Virus record (IMG/VR): IMGVR_UViG_3300042559_000579
Span: 1-53,818 of that record
Direction: 5' to 3' (one strand)
DNA: 53,818 bases
Source of the DNA: a virus
Taxonomy: Duplodnaviria; Caudoviricetes
Part shown: piece after piece, positions 10,601 through 18,132 of the stretch
How positions within the stretch are numbered: the first letter of the stretch is position 1
How the letters are laid out: every line of letters starts with the position of its first letter
The notes under the pieces: generated by a model
Seen by the model: only the letters and a program-made list of their open reading frames with translations
What the model was told of the DNA's origin: nothing
Database searches by the model: none
Position numbers and translations under genes: made by a program

Positions 10601-11470
10601 CAGAACCGTGGATCCGATCGTCTGCGCCAAGGCCCCGCCGACCCCCGGCACGCCGAGCATCATTGACGCAATCGGCAGAAGAGACATGCCAAAGTCTCTT
10701 ACGCTCTGATCATCTCTGACTGAATACTGACCCTGGATACTTCCATCCGGCAGACGGAATCCGTATCTTTGATTGAAGTTGACGATGTTGTCAGCGTGCT
10801 GGACGAATCCGTATCCCTGCTCGTGAGCCTTGTCTACAAAAGCCTTAAATTCAGGCGAAATCCCATACCCAACAGAGAAAGTTTGATTGCCGTTCTCATC
10901 GTATCCTGACGGCACCGATTGTTCAATATACGTTGGGCCATTAAAGCCAACAGACGACGCGATTTGAGCCCACTGTCCATAGTCAGGGCCGCCGTCCTCG
11001 GTTGTCCCTATCCACTGGAATTTTTGCGCTGGAGCGTATGTGCCCATCAAAGGAGAGACTGCCGCCTTCCAAGCATTCAGGCCTTTGTCGCTGAACTGCG
11101 TCTTCGCGTTCTGCCCGGCCTCCAGGATCTGCATCGCATACTTCAAGCGATCAGAATCAGAAGCTTTGGAAGGATCAACCGGTACGCTGTCGGCCGCGTC
11201 GCTGAAGTCTCTCAAGACATACTGATGCGACCCTTTGGAGTTGGACGTTCCCCACAGGCCGAGCACAGTGTCTACGGCAGACTTGACTTCAGGAGCAACC
11301 TTCTCCTCTTCTGCTGGAGGCGCCGCGGTGTAGCCGCCAGATGTGCTGTCGTAGACCAACCGATCTGCAGGGATAGCCGGACCCATCATCTCGTCGGCCG
11401 GGCTGTACGGCAAAAATGGCCCCATGGCCATCATTTCATCAAGAGCTTCGGGGCTAAAAGTGATTGCCAT
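4691..11470 (-). CDS. giant (~2259 aa) repeat-rich virion protein with C-terminal GDGxSDDIPAMLADGEFV domain
   Basis: Uninterrupted ORF; 8x74-aa and 6x69-aa tandem arrays; C-terminal motif like that in many tape-measure C-termini. Confidence 0.8.
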   Translation of the reverse strand: MAITFSPEALDEMMAMGPFLPYSPADEMMGPAIPADRLVYDSTSGGYTAAPPAEEEKVAPEVKSAVDTVLGLWGTSNSKGSHQYVLRDFSDAADSVPVDPSKASDSDRLKYAMQILEAGQNAKTQFSDKGLNAWKAAVSPLMGTYAPAQKFQWIGTTEDGGPDYGQWAQIASSVGFNGPTYIEQSVPSGYDENGNQTFSVGYGISPEFKAFVDKAHEQGYGFVQHADNIVNFNQRYGFRLPDGSIQGQYSVRDDQSVRDFGMSLLPIASMMLGVPGVGGALAQTIGSTVLPASAAAAASTAINTALASTGLSVSAAAVTSAVGQAAIQSGLSALGGGDAEDVIRAGITGLVGNAVAPAVNAAVPGSLGALEKVAERAITSATMSAISGQGDPGAAALGSLTSSLPGATGVPPALLQGALQLATTGTVTPSALINAATSLGRTSGTSQTGSSIGASYDDPSRTTDVVAELEDILGTPSGGGTLLAGPMDAMDFSAPNRAEQKTQVADYIRNQAANGVKGFEVGPGGVLEVEDPDRGITHRFTSDGSVLGSVDTVFGSKSGNIYSTSAGVKDFLSNPYVQGLFEGGNGSGGGDNRYMVPEVDEDVPATDGLTQEQSDELLRQAERDLMEEELYQVNSPVTLPSTDVNTTVDSGQSVFDQIDQELAKIAQDRQEELRQAVTDPARVDGAQAGSASAATGSTGTAESGVGSGSSVQSTAQSWRDRFRALSSDATTVQPTNQITSDQVQQIVADALRNNPGVTTQQVQSIVDSAINSIPPGLTQQDVTTAVNDAIARLPQAPTRQDIDAAIGRAMTNVATQQDVRDAIAGIQFPPGITQQDVTSAISQYMQQNPGLSAQDVAAQVSGQLAKLPAYATPADVNTAISSAMSNVATRADVQAAIRDIQFPAGISEADVTRAISDYMRQNPGLSAADIASEVSGQLSKLPAYATPADVNAAINGAMSNVATKSDVQAAIRDIQFPAGISEADVTRAISDYMRQNPGLSAQDVAGEVAGQLSRLPAYATPADVNAAISGAMANVATRSDVEAAIRNIQFPAGISQSDVTRAISQYMQQNPGLSAQDVASEVAGQLSRLPAYATPDDVNSAIQGAMRGVATSEDVRRAIEGIQFPAGITEADVTRAVSDYMRQNPGLSAQDVSTQVAAQLKTLPAYATPADVDNAIRGVMEGVATTADVRRAIEGIQFPEGITQEDVTQAISTYMQQNPGLSAQDVAAQVADQLKTLPAYATPADVESAIQGAMTNVATRADVEKAIQGIQFPTGISRADVTDAITQYMRDNPGLSADEVTSLVGQQLSRLPAYATPDDVNASIRGAMADVATRSDVQEAIAGIQFPAGISRADVTDVITDYMRQNPGLSAAEVTSLVGEQLSRLPAFATPQDVESTVRGALAGYATSEDVSGLGRGLEAVRADLTQLIADAQASGLKGDAALNASLEALAGELGTTRKGLMDSLGVTESALRSEFASQIGGVQTQMTELGQSLQSAIADARSAGLQGDEALQVGLESLAGRLGTTRDDLLATLGATEQSLRSDFASQLGGVSSQISNVQTLLLDKINAAYSVGLQGDEALRAGLDSLAADLGTTQANLLSQLGTTEAALRSQFGSQIGEVRTQVGQLGQDLQDAIDSARRSGLQGDAALQAGLDTLAGSLGTTRSELLSQLGTTEQALRSDFASQLGGVQSQVTQLGSDLSSAIESARAAGLQGDAALQAGLDTLANRLGTTTDQLLSQLGTTESALRSQFGAQIGEVQTQVGQLSQDLQASIDSARRAGLQGDAALQAGLDTLANRLGTTTDQLLSQLGATEQGLRSQFAGQLGEVQSSLTGQIGGVEERLNSRIEDLVDQGVDFQTATNQALKEVTGSLGTLAEQQQQESERTQTAIGSVETRLGDRINDLMQQGLDWQEATNLAIAEVSGSVSSLAEQTQSSISGLGLDIQSQIEEITRQNYERQASSDMATLEYLLRLEAAQEAAAERANAAAAAQAQRDAAAAEAQAQRDAAAAAAQAQRDAAAAEAQADQSRRQQLMTLASSYASQGAGSGVSDPYKATFLSPFIVGGKAPEKFEGALSGFLKEATTGDFLPDKPQQQSTELREDEPMTGDQYFGGTAVSPNPLDLYQPEQEYTGLFGFRAGGMVPFMAQGGTRYGHNAHGALNVLEHSGKHRVDYRQGDAVTGIGDGQSDDIPAMLADGEFVIPADVVAALGNGSTKAGSDKLYEMMHNIRRHHRSAGPKDLPPPAKAPLEYIKSRKGRSA
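5400..5520 (-). repeat. 33-bp (11-aa AQAQRDAAAAx) tandem repeat
   Basis: AAAAAQAQRDAAAAEAQAQRDAAAAAAQAQRDAAAAEAQA in translation. Confidence 0.85.
5990..7200 (-). repeat. intragenic tandem array, 6 x 207 bp (69 aa; GLQGDxAL..LGTT..LGxTE..LRS.F)
   Basis: GLxGD codons recur near 6116, 6323, 6530, 6737, 6944, 7151 (207-bp spacing). Confidence 0.92.
7250..9040 (-). repeat. intragenic tandem array, 8 x 222 bp (74 aa; IQFP..NPGLSA..LPAYATP)
   Basis: GGGAAC anchor at 7431, 7653, 7875, 8097, 8319, 8541, 8763, 8985 (exact 222-bp spacing). Confidence 0.95.
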
Positions 11471-11500
11471 TCTCAAGTCCAGACGTTGCGCATCCAGCGC

Positions 11501-11737
11501 TCACAGGCCCGCGTTGACCGAATTGACCAGCGCCGCAGCCCAGTCATCCCACCGCTCAAAGTTCGACGTTCCGGGGATCGCCTCGCTGGAGAAGACGTCG
11601 ATCGCCTTGAGGCCCTCGCCCCACTTCCTCCAGTCCGTCTGGGCAGTGGGTATCTCCAACTGCTGAGCAGCGTACAACTCAACCATCAGCGACGCCCAGG
11701 ACTCAAACGTGTGGAACCTGGGGTCGTAGATGATCAT
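11501..11737 (-). CDS. hypothetical Trp-rich virion-module protein
   Basis: 78-aa ORF, TGATG-coupled to the upstream hub gene. Confidence 0.75.
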   Translation of the reverse strand: MIIYDPRFHTFESWASLMVELYAAQQLEIPTAQTDWRKWGEGLKAIDVFSSEAIPGTSNFERWDDWAAALVNSVNAGL

Positions 11738-13965
11738 CAGTAGCCCCGCACGTCGCCCATGTCAGCGTTGACGATGATCTTACCGAACTGGTAGTCCCCG
11801 CCGGCCACATTGCTGCGGAATTTCAGACGAAGCTCGCGCCGCTGCTCGCGCATGTCGATCTTGTTCGTGTCCTGGTCGAAGACGTACGGCGCCGAGGTGT
11901 CGTCCTCAGACTGCGCGTACGGGCGCCCGGTGACGTAGAGCTCCATCTCGCCAGACATGATGAAGTCCGGCTCCACCCGCTCCAGCCTCAACCACCGGTT
12001 GGGCCCCTCTGGCGCCGGCTGCGACGGTCCTCCGGCCACCCACCCCAGGTCGTTCGTCTCAACGTAGCTCTCAATGGCCAGCACCTGCGCACCGTCGATC
12101 GCGTCGCGGCCGATCTCGTGCTGGTACAGCTTGATGAGCCCAGGGACCGTGCTGAACGTCACCGTCGCCGCAGTCGTGCTCAAGGCGTTCTCAGACAGTT
12201 CGATCATCTGAGCGTACAGCGCCGTCACCGGCACGGAGAAGCCAACCCCACCACCACCACCCAGGCTTGCGTCAGTGGCGCTCAGCACGTCGCCAACCTG
12301 ATACCCGGCCCCGACGAGGGTGATGATCACAGAGGTGACAGAGCCACCAGCAACCGTGATGTTTGCCCTGGCCAGCAGGCCAGAGCCGCCCGTCAGCAAT
12401 ACGTTGCCGTACGAACCGTTGGCGTACCCAGAGCCGCCCGTGATCGCCCCCAGCGTCTTGACCCCGCTGGACTGGACAGCCGTCACAAGAGTGCCCGCCG
12501 GCAACGCGACAGACTCTGCAAGCTGGCCAGTCTCAATCAGCGAGTTGTAGGCGTTCAAGAGTAGCCACGGGCTGCCAGACGTCACCGTCGTCGAAACGCT
12601 CGTCACGAGCGTCTCAACCGTCGTCTCCCAGTCAGCCTGTATCGGATAGGCGAACACCTGCGAGAAGTACCCAGCAGACCGGCGAGCGCCGATCGCCTGC
12701 CCGGCGTCGTACCAGCAGTTCTCGCGCACGTTGTAGATCACCGCGTCGTTGCACTCAATTGAGTCGCCGCGGGGGTAGAACCACCAGATCTCTCCGAACC
12801 GCGGAACCTTGCTCACCCAGACCTTCTGGCGCTGGTTGTAGTTCAGGTTGTCGAAGAACCAGTTCTGGTTCATCTGATTCGGGATTTCCTTGACAACGCC
12901 GTTGTACAAGAGGAAGCGGTCAACCCCGCACCAGTAGTAGATGCCGTCGTACTCAATCACGCTGGACGACGACATGATCGACGTCTGACTGCTGATCACG
13001 TCGTACCGCCAGAACGTCGGCGCGGCAAAGTTGGGCGTGCCGGCCACACCCAGGCTCTGCGGGGCATAGGACACGCGTATGAGGCTGTCAAGGCTCCAGA
13101 ACAGGCCAGACGGGCTGTTGGAGCCACCGCGCACCGGCAGGCCCTTGACGATCTTCCCAGAGGCGACGTTCGTCGCGTTTGCGTCCGCGGATACCCAGTC
13201 GTTCGGATCCCCCGCAGAGCAGTTCTGGATCAGCCCGTCGTTGCCGTACACGAACACATAGGGGTGCAGCACCACCACCCCACCAGACACCGAGATGTTG
13301 TTGTTGAAGGTCGCCGTGACCGTGCCAGAGCCCGTGGCAGCCTGGGAAAGCGTCACCGCCGTACCGACGACAGACGCCACCGTCGTGCCGGCCGGGATGT
13401 TGGTGCCAGTGACCGTCTGCCCGGCGCCGATCAGGATGTTCGCCACCGCAAGAGTGGCAGAGGTCGTGCCGTTCAGCGTCAGCGAGTCGGTGAAGACCCC
13501 GATCTGCGACATGCTTGACCCGGCGATGTTCCCAATCAGCACAGGCGTGTTCACCGTGCTGTCGATGGCTTCCAGGTTCTGCCCAGGGTGTGCCACAAGC
13601 GACGCCACGCCGCCGGTGGCGTTGTAGAAGCCGTCAAACTGCCACAGGTTCAGCCTGTTGGGGGTGAACTGCGACAGCGTGAACGTGACGAGGCCGGCGC
13701 CCACGCCGCTGTCGTCAATCGTCACCTCCTCAAGGCCAGAGGCATACCCGCTGAAGACGTAGTTGAAGCCGTTCAGGGCGTTGACCCAGATCCCCCGTGA
13801 CGGCCCGCTGAGTTGGTCGGTGATTCGCCTGAAGCCGAACATCTTGCGCGGCCGGCCGCGTTGAAATCGAACCCACCGTCCGTCCGTGTAGAACTGCCGA
13901 TCGAAGATCGTTCCATCCCGCTGAACACCGGGCTGGGTGTCAAGAGCGAAGACCTTCTGAGTCAT
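11737..13965 (-). CDS. tail hub / packaged-DNA stabilization protein (P22 gp10-like beta-propeller) with inserted beta modules
   Basis: DGRWVRFQRGRPRK N-terminus, FGEIWWFYP, YNVRENCWY motifs; position before ejection genes. Confidence 0.7.
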   Translation of the reverse strand: MTQKVFALDTQPGVQRDGTIFDRQFYTDGRWVRFQRGRPRKMFGFRRITDQLSGPSRGIWVNALNGFNYVFSGYASGLEEVTIDDSGVGAGLVTFTLSQFTPNRLNLWQFDGFYNATGGVASLVAHPGQNLEAIDSTVNTPVLIGNIAGSSMSQIGVFTDSLTLNGTTSATLAVANILIGAGQTVTGTNIPAGTTVASVVGTAVTLSQAATGSGTVTATFNNNISVSGGVVVLHPYVFVYGNDGLIQNCSAGDPNDWVSADANATNVASGKIVKGLPVRGGSNSPSGLFWSLDSLIRVSYAPQSLGVAGTPNFAAPTFWRYDVISSQTSIMSSSSVIEYDGIYYWCGVDRFLLYNGVVKEIPNQMNQNWFFDNLNYNQRQKVWVSKVPRFGEIWWFYPRGDSIECNDAVIYNVRENCWYDAGQAIGARRSAGYFSQVFAYPIQADWETTVETLVTSVSTTVTSGSPWLLLNAYNSLIETGQLAESVALPAGTLVTAVQSSGVKTLGAITGGSGYANGSYGNVLLTGGSGLLARANITVAGGSVTSVIITLVGAGYQVGDVLSATDASLGGGGGVGFSVPVTALYAQMIELSENALSTTAATVTFSTVPGLIKLYQHEIGRDAIDGAQVLAIESYVETNDLGWVAGGPSQPAPEGPNRWLRLERVEPDFIMSGEMELYVTGRPYAQSEDDTSAPYVFDQDTNKIDMREQRRELRLKFRSNVAGGDYQFGKIIVNADMGDVRGY

Positions 13966-15206
13966 CAGAACGCTCCGCCAGCGACGCCGGATGTCGCTTT
14001 CAAATACCCGTTGACAGTGATTCCAGACGCCTGCAGAAGTAGCAACTGAAGGCCAAGAATTGAAAACCCAAGCTCTCCAGACGCCGGCCTGTACATGCCG
14101 GTATTCGTCTCAAGCGCGAAGTTCAAAGGAGGCGTTCCGACGCTGCCGTTTGCCAAAGAAATTGTTGACGCCCCGGCAGCAATGGTCGATGCGTTGTACA
14201 AATTCACTGAGTCGCAGATCAATATGACCTGTTGCCCGGCCGGGACGGTGGCAACCGCGCTCCCTGGCGCCCCCGTAGTCAGCGTGACCGTGTAGCCAGA
14301 GGGGGTGCCGTCAGTCTGGTTGGTGATGTAGTACACCGCGATGGTTTGCGGGACAACAACAGTGACGTTTGACGACAGGACGCCGGTGAACTTCTGAATC
14401 GGATTTGCGGCCTCGGACGCTGTCAGGGTGTAAGACCCCGATGACACCGCCTTGGTGTTCTGCGTGAAACTGAAGTCGATGTTCCTGCCGATGCCGACAG
14501 TGAAGAAGGCAGAACCAGAGCAGCAGACGATGGCAGAGTCCGCGGGCTGAAGGATAAGCGACGCGTTGCCGTTGATCAGATCGCCGCCAGACGGAGACAC
14601 CGTCAGAGTGCCCGTGCCCCCATTTCGCAGCAGGATGAACCAGTTGTTGCCCAGGGTCGCGGACGCCGCAAGCGATATCGTTCCGGCCCCGGCCGTCCAC
14701 ACAAAGGCGCCGGCTCGATCTGCGACCCCAGCGGTGAACGGCGACGAGAACGTCTGCACCGGGTGCGCTGTGTTGAGCGTCGCCCCAATGACCGTCAGGC
14801 CGTAGCCCACGAGGCTCGTCGCGTCTGCAGTGGACGAACCGACGCCGAACGAGATGATGCCCCAGGTGCCAGCCTCGTCAGGGTTGTCCGTGATGTAGAT
14901 GTACTTCGCCTCGCCGGCCGCCACCACGATGATCGGGTTGCCGTCGTAGTCCGCCACCGTGAACGTGTTGGCGCCCACGTTGCGGATCAGCGCATCCTGG
15001 CCTACAGACGCCTGATTGGCGGGCGGCATGCGCATCGTCAGGCCGCCCGCCGTGGCCGTCACGTTCATGATCCGCGCCGCATAGTTGGGCGTGGCGTTGC
15101 CGTTGATCGGCCACTCCAAGACGATGTTGGCCGACAGCGTGATGCTGCGATACGAGACGTCCGTCGGGACGATGACGTTGCCGGTGAACGGACTGTTGAA
15201 GCTCAT
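13965..15206 (-). CDS. tail / short fibre structural protein
   Basis: 413-aa Thr/Gly/Ser-rich beta protein; ATG at 15206 overlaps the upstream stop. Confidence 0.6.
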   Translation of the reverse strand: MSFNSPFTGNVIVPTDVSYRSITLSANIVLEWPINGNATPNYAARIMNVTATAGGLTMRMPPANQASVGQDALIRNVGANTFTVADYDGNPIIVVAAGEAKYIYITDNPDEAGTWGIISFGVGSSTADATSLVGYGLTVIGATLNTAHPVQTFSSPFTAGVADRAGAFVWTAGAGTISLAASATLGNNWFILLRNGGTGTLTVSPSGGDLINGNASLILQPADSAIVCCSGSAFFTVGIGRNIDFSFTQNTKAVSSGSYTLTASEAANPIQKFTGVLSSNVTVVVPQTIAVYYITNQTDGTPSGYTVTLTTGAPGSAVATVPAGQQVILICDSVNLYNASTIAAGASTISLANGSVGTPPLNFALETNTGMYRPASGELGFSILGLQLLLLQASGITVNGYLKATSGVAGGAF

Positions 15207-15835
15207 GCATCCCTCGCAATCGTTTGCCGGTCGCCGATCCGAGCCACGTCCTCGGTCTTCAGCACCTGCATCACTTGGTCGTACTGGGCCTTCCACAGCG
15301 GCACACGCTCGTCATTCTTGAGGAACGGCATGGCCTGCAGCAGAGCCCCGTACAGAAGCGCCTGGGGCGCGTATTGGGTGAACCAGTTCGACTGGTTGGA
15401 GGAGTCCAGCGGCTGCGAGCGCTCGTAGTACAGCACCTCGTAGTTGTACGCCGCGGCAGGCGTCGGCGCAACCAGCCAGTGCGTGTAGTCGTAGTCGCAG
15501 TAGTACAGCGGCGTGTCCGTCAAAGCGGGATCGGGCCAATACTCCCGCAGGTACTCGTACTTGCGCAGCAGCACCGGCCGGCGCTCTCCGGCCACCGTGA
15601 CGTTGATGGAGACCGTCTTCCGCCACCGGGCCGGCTTGTCGATCGTCGCCTGACCCTGCGTCATCGTGCTCGTGGCCACCGTCAGGTTGCCCAGGAACTT
15701 GAGCTCCGAGGCGATCACCTGCTCCGCCAGCATGATGAAGGTCGGGATCTTCTCCAGCGTAGACGCGTCGGTGCGCTCCAGGTAGCTCCGGATGTCCAGC
15801 ACCAGACTGTCGTAGGTCATCACTACAGCAGACAT
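15203..15835 (-). CDS. head-tail adaptor protein
   Basis: IPTFIMLAE..., APTP..Y.YEVLYY, LLYGALLQAMPFLKNDER motifs typical of podoviral adaptors. Confidence 0.65.
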   Translation of the reverse strand: MSAVVMTYDSLVLDIRSYLERTDASTLEKIPTFIMLAEQVIASELKFLGNLTVATSTMTQGQATIDKPARWRKTVSINVTVAGERRPVLLRKYEYLREYWPDPALTDTPLYYCDYDYTHWLVAPTPAAAYNYEVLYYERSQPLDSSNQSNWFTQYAPQALLYGALLQAMPFLKNDERVPLWKAQYDQVMQVLKTEDVARIGDRQTIARDA

Positions 15836-16224
15836 CACCACACCTTCTTCTTGATGGAGTCAGGCTGCGGGACGTACTGCTGCCCGCGCTTGGTCCCTTC
15901 CCGCTTCGCCCGGGTTGTCGACGCGTACTCAGAAGGTGTCAGCTTCTCGCGTGCGGCCTTGGGCAAGTACCGTTCGCCGGTGGCCTCCGGCCCCTGCGTG
16001 GACGGTTTCCCCGAGCGCGTACCCCAGTCCTCACGCGTCCACCGCGCAAGGGCATTATCCGCCCTCTGGGGGCCTTTGTAGCCCCCGCCGCTACGTTGGT
16101 ATTGCTGAGTCGCCATTTGCGCCTTACGGGCGCTCCATTGGCCTGGAGAGCCCCCTTTGCCAGACGCCTTGACGTTGGCAACGATGCGCTTCCACTTGGC
16201 AGGATCGGTCTTGACTGCGCTCAT
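15835..16224 (-). CDS. basic DUF5872-like protein
   Basis: GGSPGQWSARKAQ and WTREDWGT motifs. Confidence 0.65.
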   Translation of the reverse strand: MSAVKTDPAKWKRIVANVKASGKGGSPGQWSARKAQMATQQYQRSGGGYKGPQRADNALARWTREDWGTRSGKPSTQGPEATGERYLPKAAREKLTPSEYASTTRAKREGTKRGQQYVPQPDSIKKKVW

Positions 16225-16724
16225 CTCAGGAACAGCGCACGTTCATCCGTACGCCGCCTCACAAGCCCGGGAAGCTCCCGGCCGCCGGCCTTCGTCCACT
16301 GCATGAACGCGTCAGCCGCCCCTTCAATGTCGCCGCGGTTGGCCTTCATCCTGATCTGGCTGCGCTGCAGGTTGCCTAGACCGGCGTTGTACGCAAAAGA
16401 GACCAGAGCGTCAAACCGCCCTTGACGACCAGCACAGCCGGGAACCAGACGTAGAACACCTCGCTCAAAAGCAGCGACGTCAGCGTCGAAAAGCGCATCA
16501 ATCTCTTCCTTGGACCAGACACGGTTGTGCTCCGGACGTAGTGGGTAGTTCATGCGGATGAAGCCTTCATACCCCTCCTTGCGAACCATGGGAAGCTGAA
16601 TCTGGTCTTGGTACAGGACGTGCCCGTACCCGACCGTCCAGATGTGCGCAGGGCACAGGTAGGGCTTTGTCCTGTAGCCCTCGTACCGGTGCATCAGAGC
16701 AGCGCCCTCTGGGCTCAGCTTCAC
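16221..16724 (-). CDS. endolysin, GH24 phage lysozyme
   Basis: EG..PYLCPA..WTVGYGH catalytic region, FDALVSFAYN.G, W.KAGG..LPGLVRRR..E. Confidence 0.92.
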   Translation of the reverse strand: MKLSPEGAALMHRYEGYRTKPYLCPAHIWTVGYGHVLYQDQIQLPMVRKEGYEGFIRMNYPLRPEHNRVWSKEEIDALFDADVAAFERGVLRLVPGCAGRQGRFDALVSFAYNAGLGNLQRSQIRMKANRGDIEGAADAFMQWTKAGGRELPGLVRRRTDERALFLR

Positions 16725-17224
16725 TTCTTGCTCCACTGCCGGCTGCCGAACCAGAACCCAATGATCCCGCCCAGCATCGCCATCTCGTCCTCGCTGAAGA
16801 TGATCGCCGTCACCCGGATCAGGTCATCCACCGACTGAATCAGGCCCGGATGTTTCCAGACGTACAGCGTCAGCGCAGCGTTGATCAGCACCAACTCAAT
16901 GATGAAGATGTAGGTCACCGTCGGCCGCACCGTGCCGACGTAGTTGGCAACCCAGCGGCTGGCCTTCTCCAGCACCTTCTCGTCGTGCCTGAGCGCCGCC
17001 TCGGTCATCTGCGCCTCGGTCTGCATCGCCACCTGCTCGACGCGGATCTCCTCCATCTTGGCCTGGGAGGCGTACCCCTGGGCCGCAAGCTGGAGCTCTC
17101 GCTCAGTCTGCAGACGCGCCAGGGCGATCTCATGCTTCTGATCGGACTTGTTCTGGAAAAACTCCAGCAGCTTGGGCAGGCCGCTGATCAGCAGACCGCC
17201 AAGAGTAGACAGAAGCGACAGCAT
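16721..17224 (-). CDS. putative holin (3TM/GTA-holin-like)
   Basis: N-terminal amphipathic helix, coiled coil, VRPTVTY, IIGFWFGSR end; adjacent to lysozyme. Confidence 0.6.
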   Translation of the reverse strand: MLSLLSTLGGLLISGLPKLLEFFQNKSDQKHEIALARLQTERELQLAAQGYASQAKMEEIRVEQVAMQTEAQMTEAALRHDEKVLEKASRWVANYVGTVRPTVTYIFIIELVLINAALTLYVWKHPGLIQSVDDLIRVTAIIFSEDEMAMLGGIIGFWFGSRQWSKK

Positions 17225-17505
17225 TACTTGGCCCCCTTTGTGAACTTCTCGCGCTCCTCAAGGAGCTTGACCTTGACTTGGAGGTCGTTGATGTGGAGCA
17301 TCAACTGCTCCTTCAGCGCGGCCCTGCGCTCGGCAGAAAGCGGGCTGTCGGTAGGAATCCCTTCCTTGGTGATCAGCGCCGGCATGTGGCCCTCAATCTT
17401 GGTCAACCGCTCAGAGAACGAGTTGACCTGCCCCAGAAGCCATGCAAGGCACATCACCACGATGGGGATGACCGCCTTGAGAACGTCAGTCCACGCCATG
17501 GTCAC
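17224..17505 (-). CDS. membrane-anchored coiled-coil protein (lysis module)
   Basis: N-terminal TM segment followed by heptad pattern. Confidence 0.6.
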   Translation of the reverse strand: MTMAWTDVLKAVIPIVVMCLAWLLGQVNSFSERLTKIEGHMPALITKEGIPTDSPLSAERRAALKEQLMLHINDLQVKVKLLEEREKFTKGAK

Positions 17506-17912
17506 CCCCTGGTAGAGATGACGTCGTCACCGCGCTGCACGGTGACACGATCGCCTTCAACGTTGACCTTCATGGTCGGCTCTTGACGCTCAGGCTTGTC
17601 CAGCCGGCCGATCAACTCCTTGATGATCGTGATCTCCGGCTTCTCTTCCTTCTTGGTCTCGTTCACGATGCCGTTGACCATCTGGATCAGAGCCATCGTG
17701 GCAGTGGCTACCAAACCGATGACGGCAGGAAGCGCTTCGGTGTTCAGGAACGCCGACGACACAACACCTACCAATACCAGCAGGAAGATCCAGATGATGG
17801 CCGTCTTGCCGATGGCCTTGGCAGCGACCTCCTTGGCGGTGGCCTGAGCTTCCAGCCGCTTGAGTTCGACCGCGGCCTGAGCCTTCAGAGTGTTCAGGTC
17901 AATCGGGTCCAT
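17502..17912 (-). CDS. two-TM membrane protein (lysis module)
   Basis: Two hydrophobic segments; likely start MDPIDL at 17912. Confidence 0.6.
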   Translation of the reverse strand: MDPIDLNTLKAQAAVELKRLEAQATAKEVAAKAIGKTAIIWIFLLVLVGVVSSAFLNTEALPAVIGLVATATMALIQMVNGIVNETKKEEKPEITIIKELIGRLDKPERQEPTMKVNVEGDRVTVQRGDDVISTRG

Positions 17913-18117
17913 CACTCTCTCCCTTCTTGGCCGTGTGCATCTTGTGCCACCTGTACAGCAAGAACGCGATCTGCAGCACCACATAGACCAAGGTGGCCCA
18001 CAGGATCAGATCGTTCACCTGGATGCCGGCGACGGTCGCGCCAGCCACCGTGACCGGCGGGGCGGCCTTCATTGCCTCCGCTGTCAGATCAGCCTTCTGT
18101 TGCATGGTCAGACTCAT
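17899..18117 (-). CDS. small holin-like membrane protein
   Basis: KAAPPVTV..G...ND....ATL.Y..LQ pattern, TM helix, basic C-terminus. Confidence 0.6.
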   Translation of the reverse strand: MSLTMQQKADLTAEAMKAAPPVTVAGATVAGIQVNDLILWATLVYVVLQIAFLLYRWHKMHTAKKGESDGPD

Positions 18118-18132
18118 TTTGACAACTTTGCC

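Noticed and set aside
4691-11470. Calling the giant ORF a siphovirus tape measure protein
   Set aside because: No tail tube, terminator or frameshifted chaperone genes; P22-like hub and ejection genes point to a short tail
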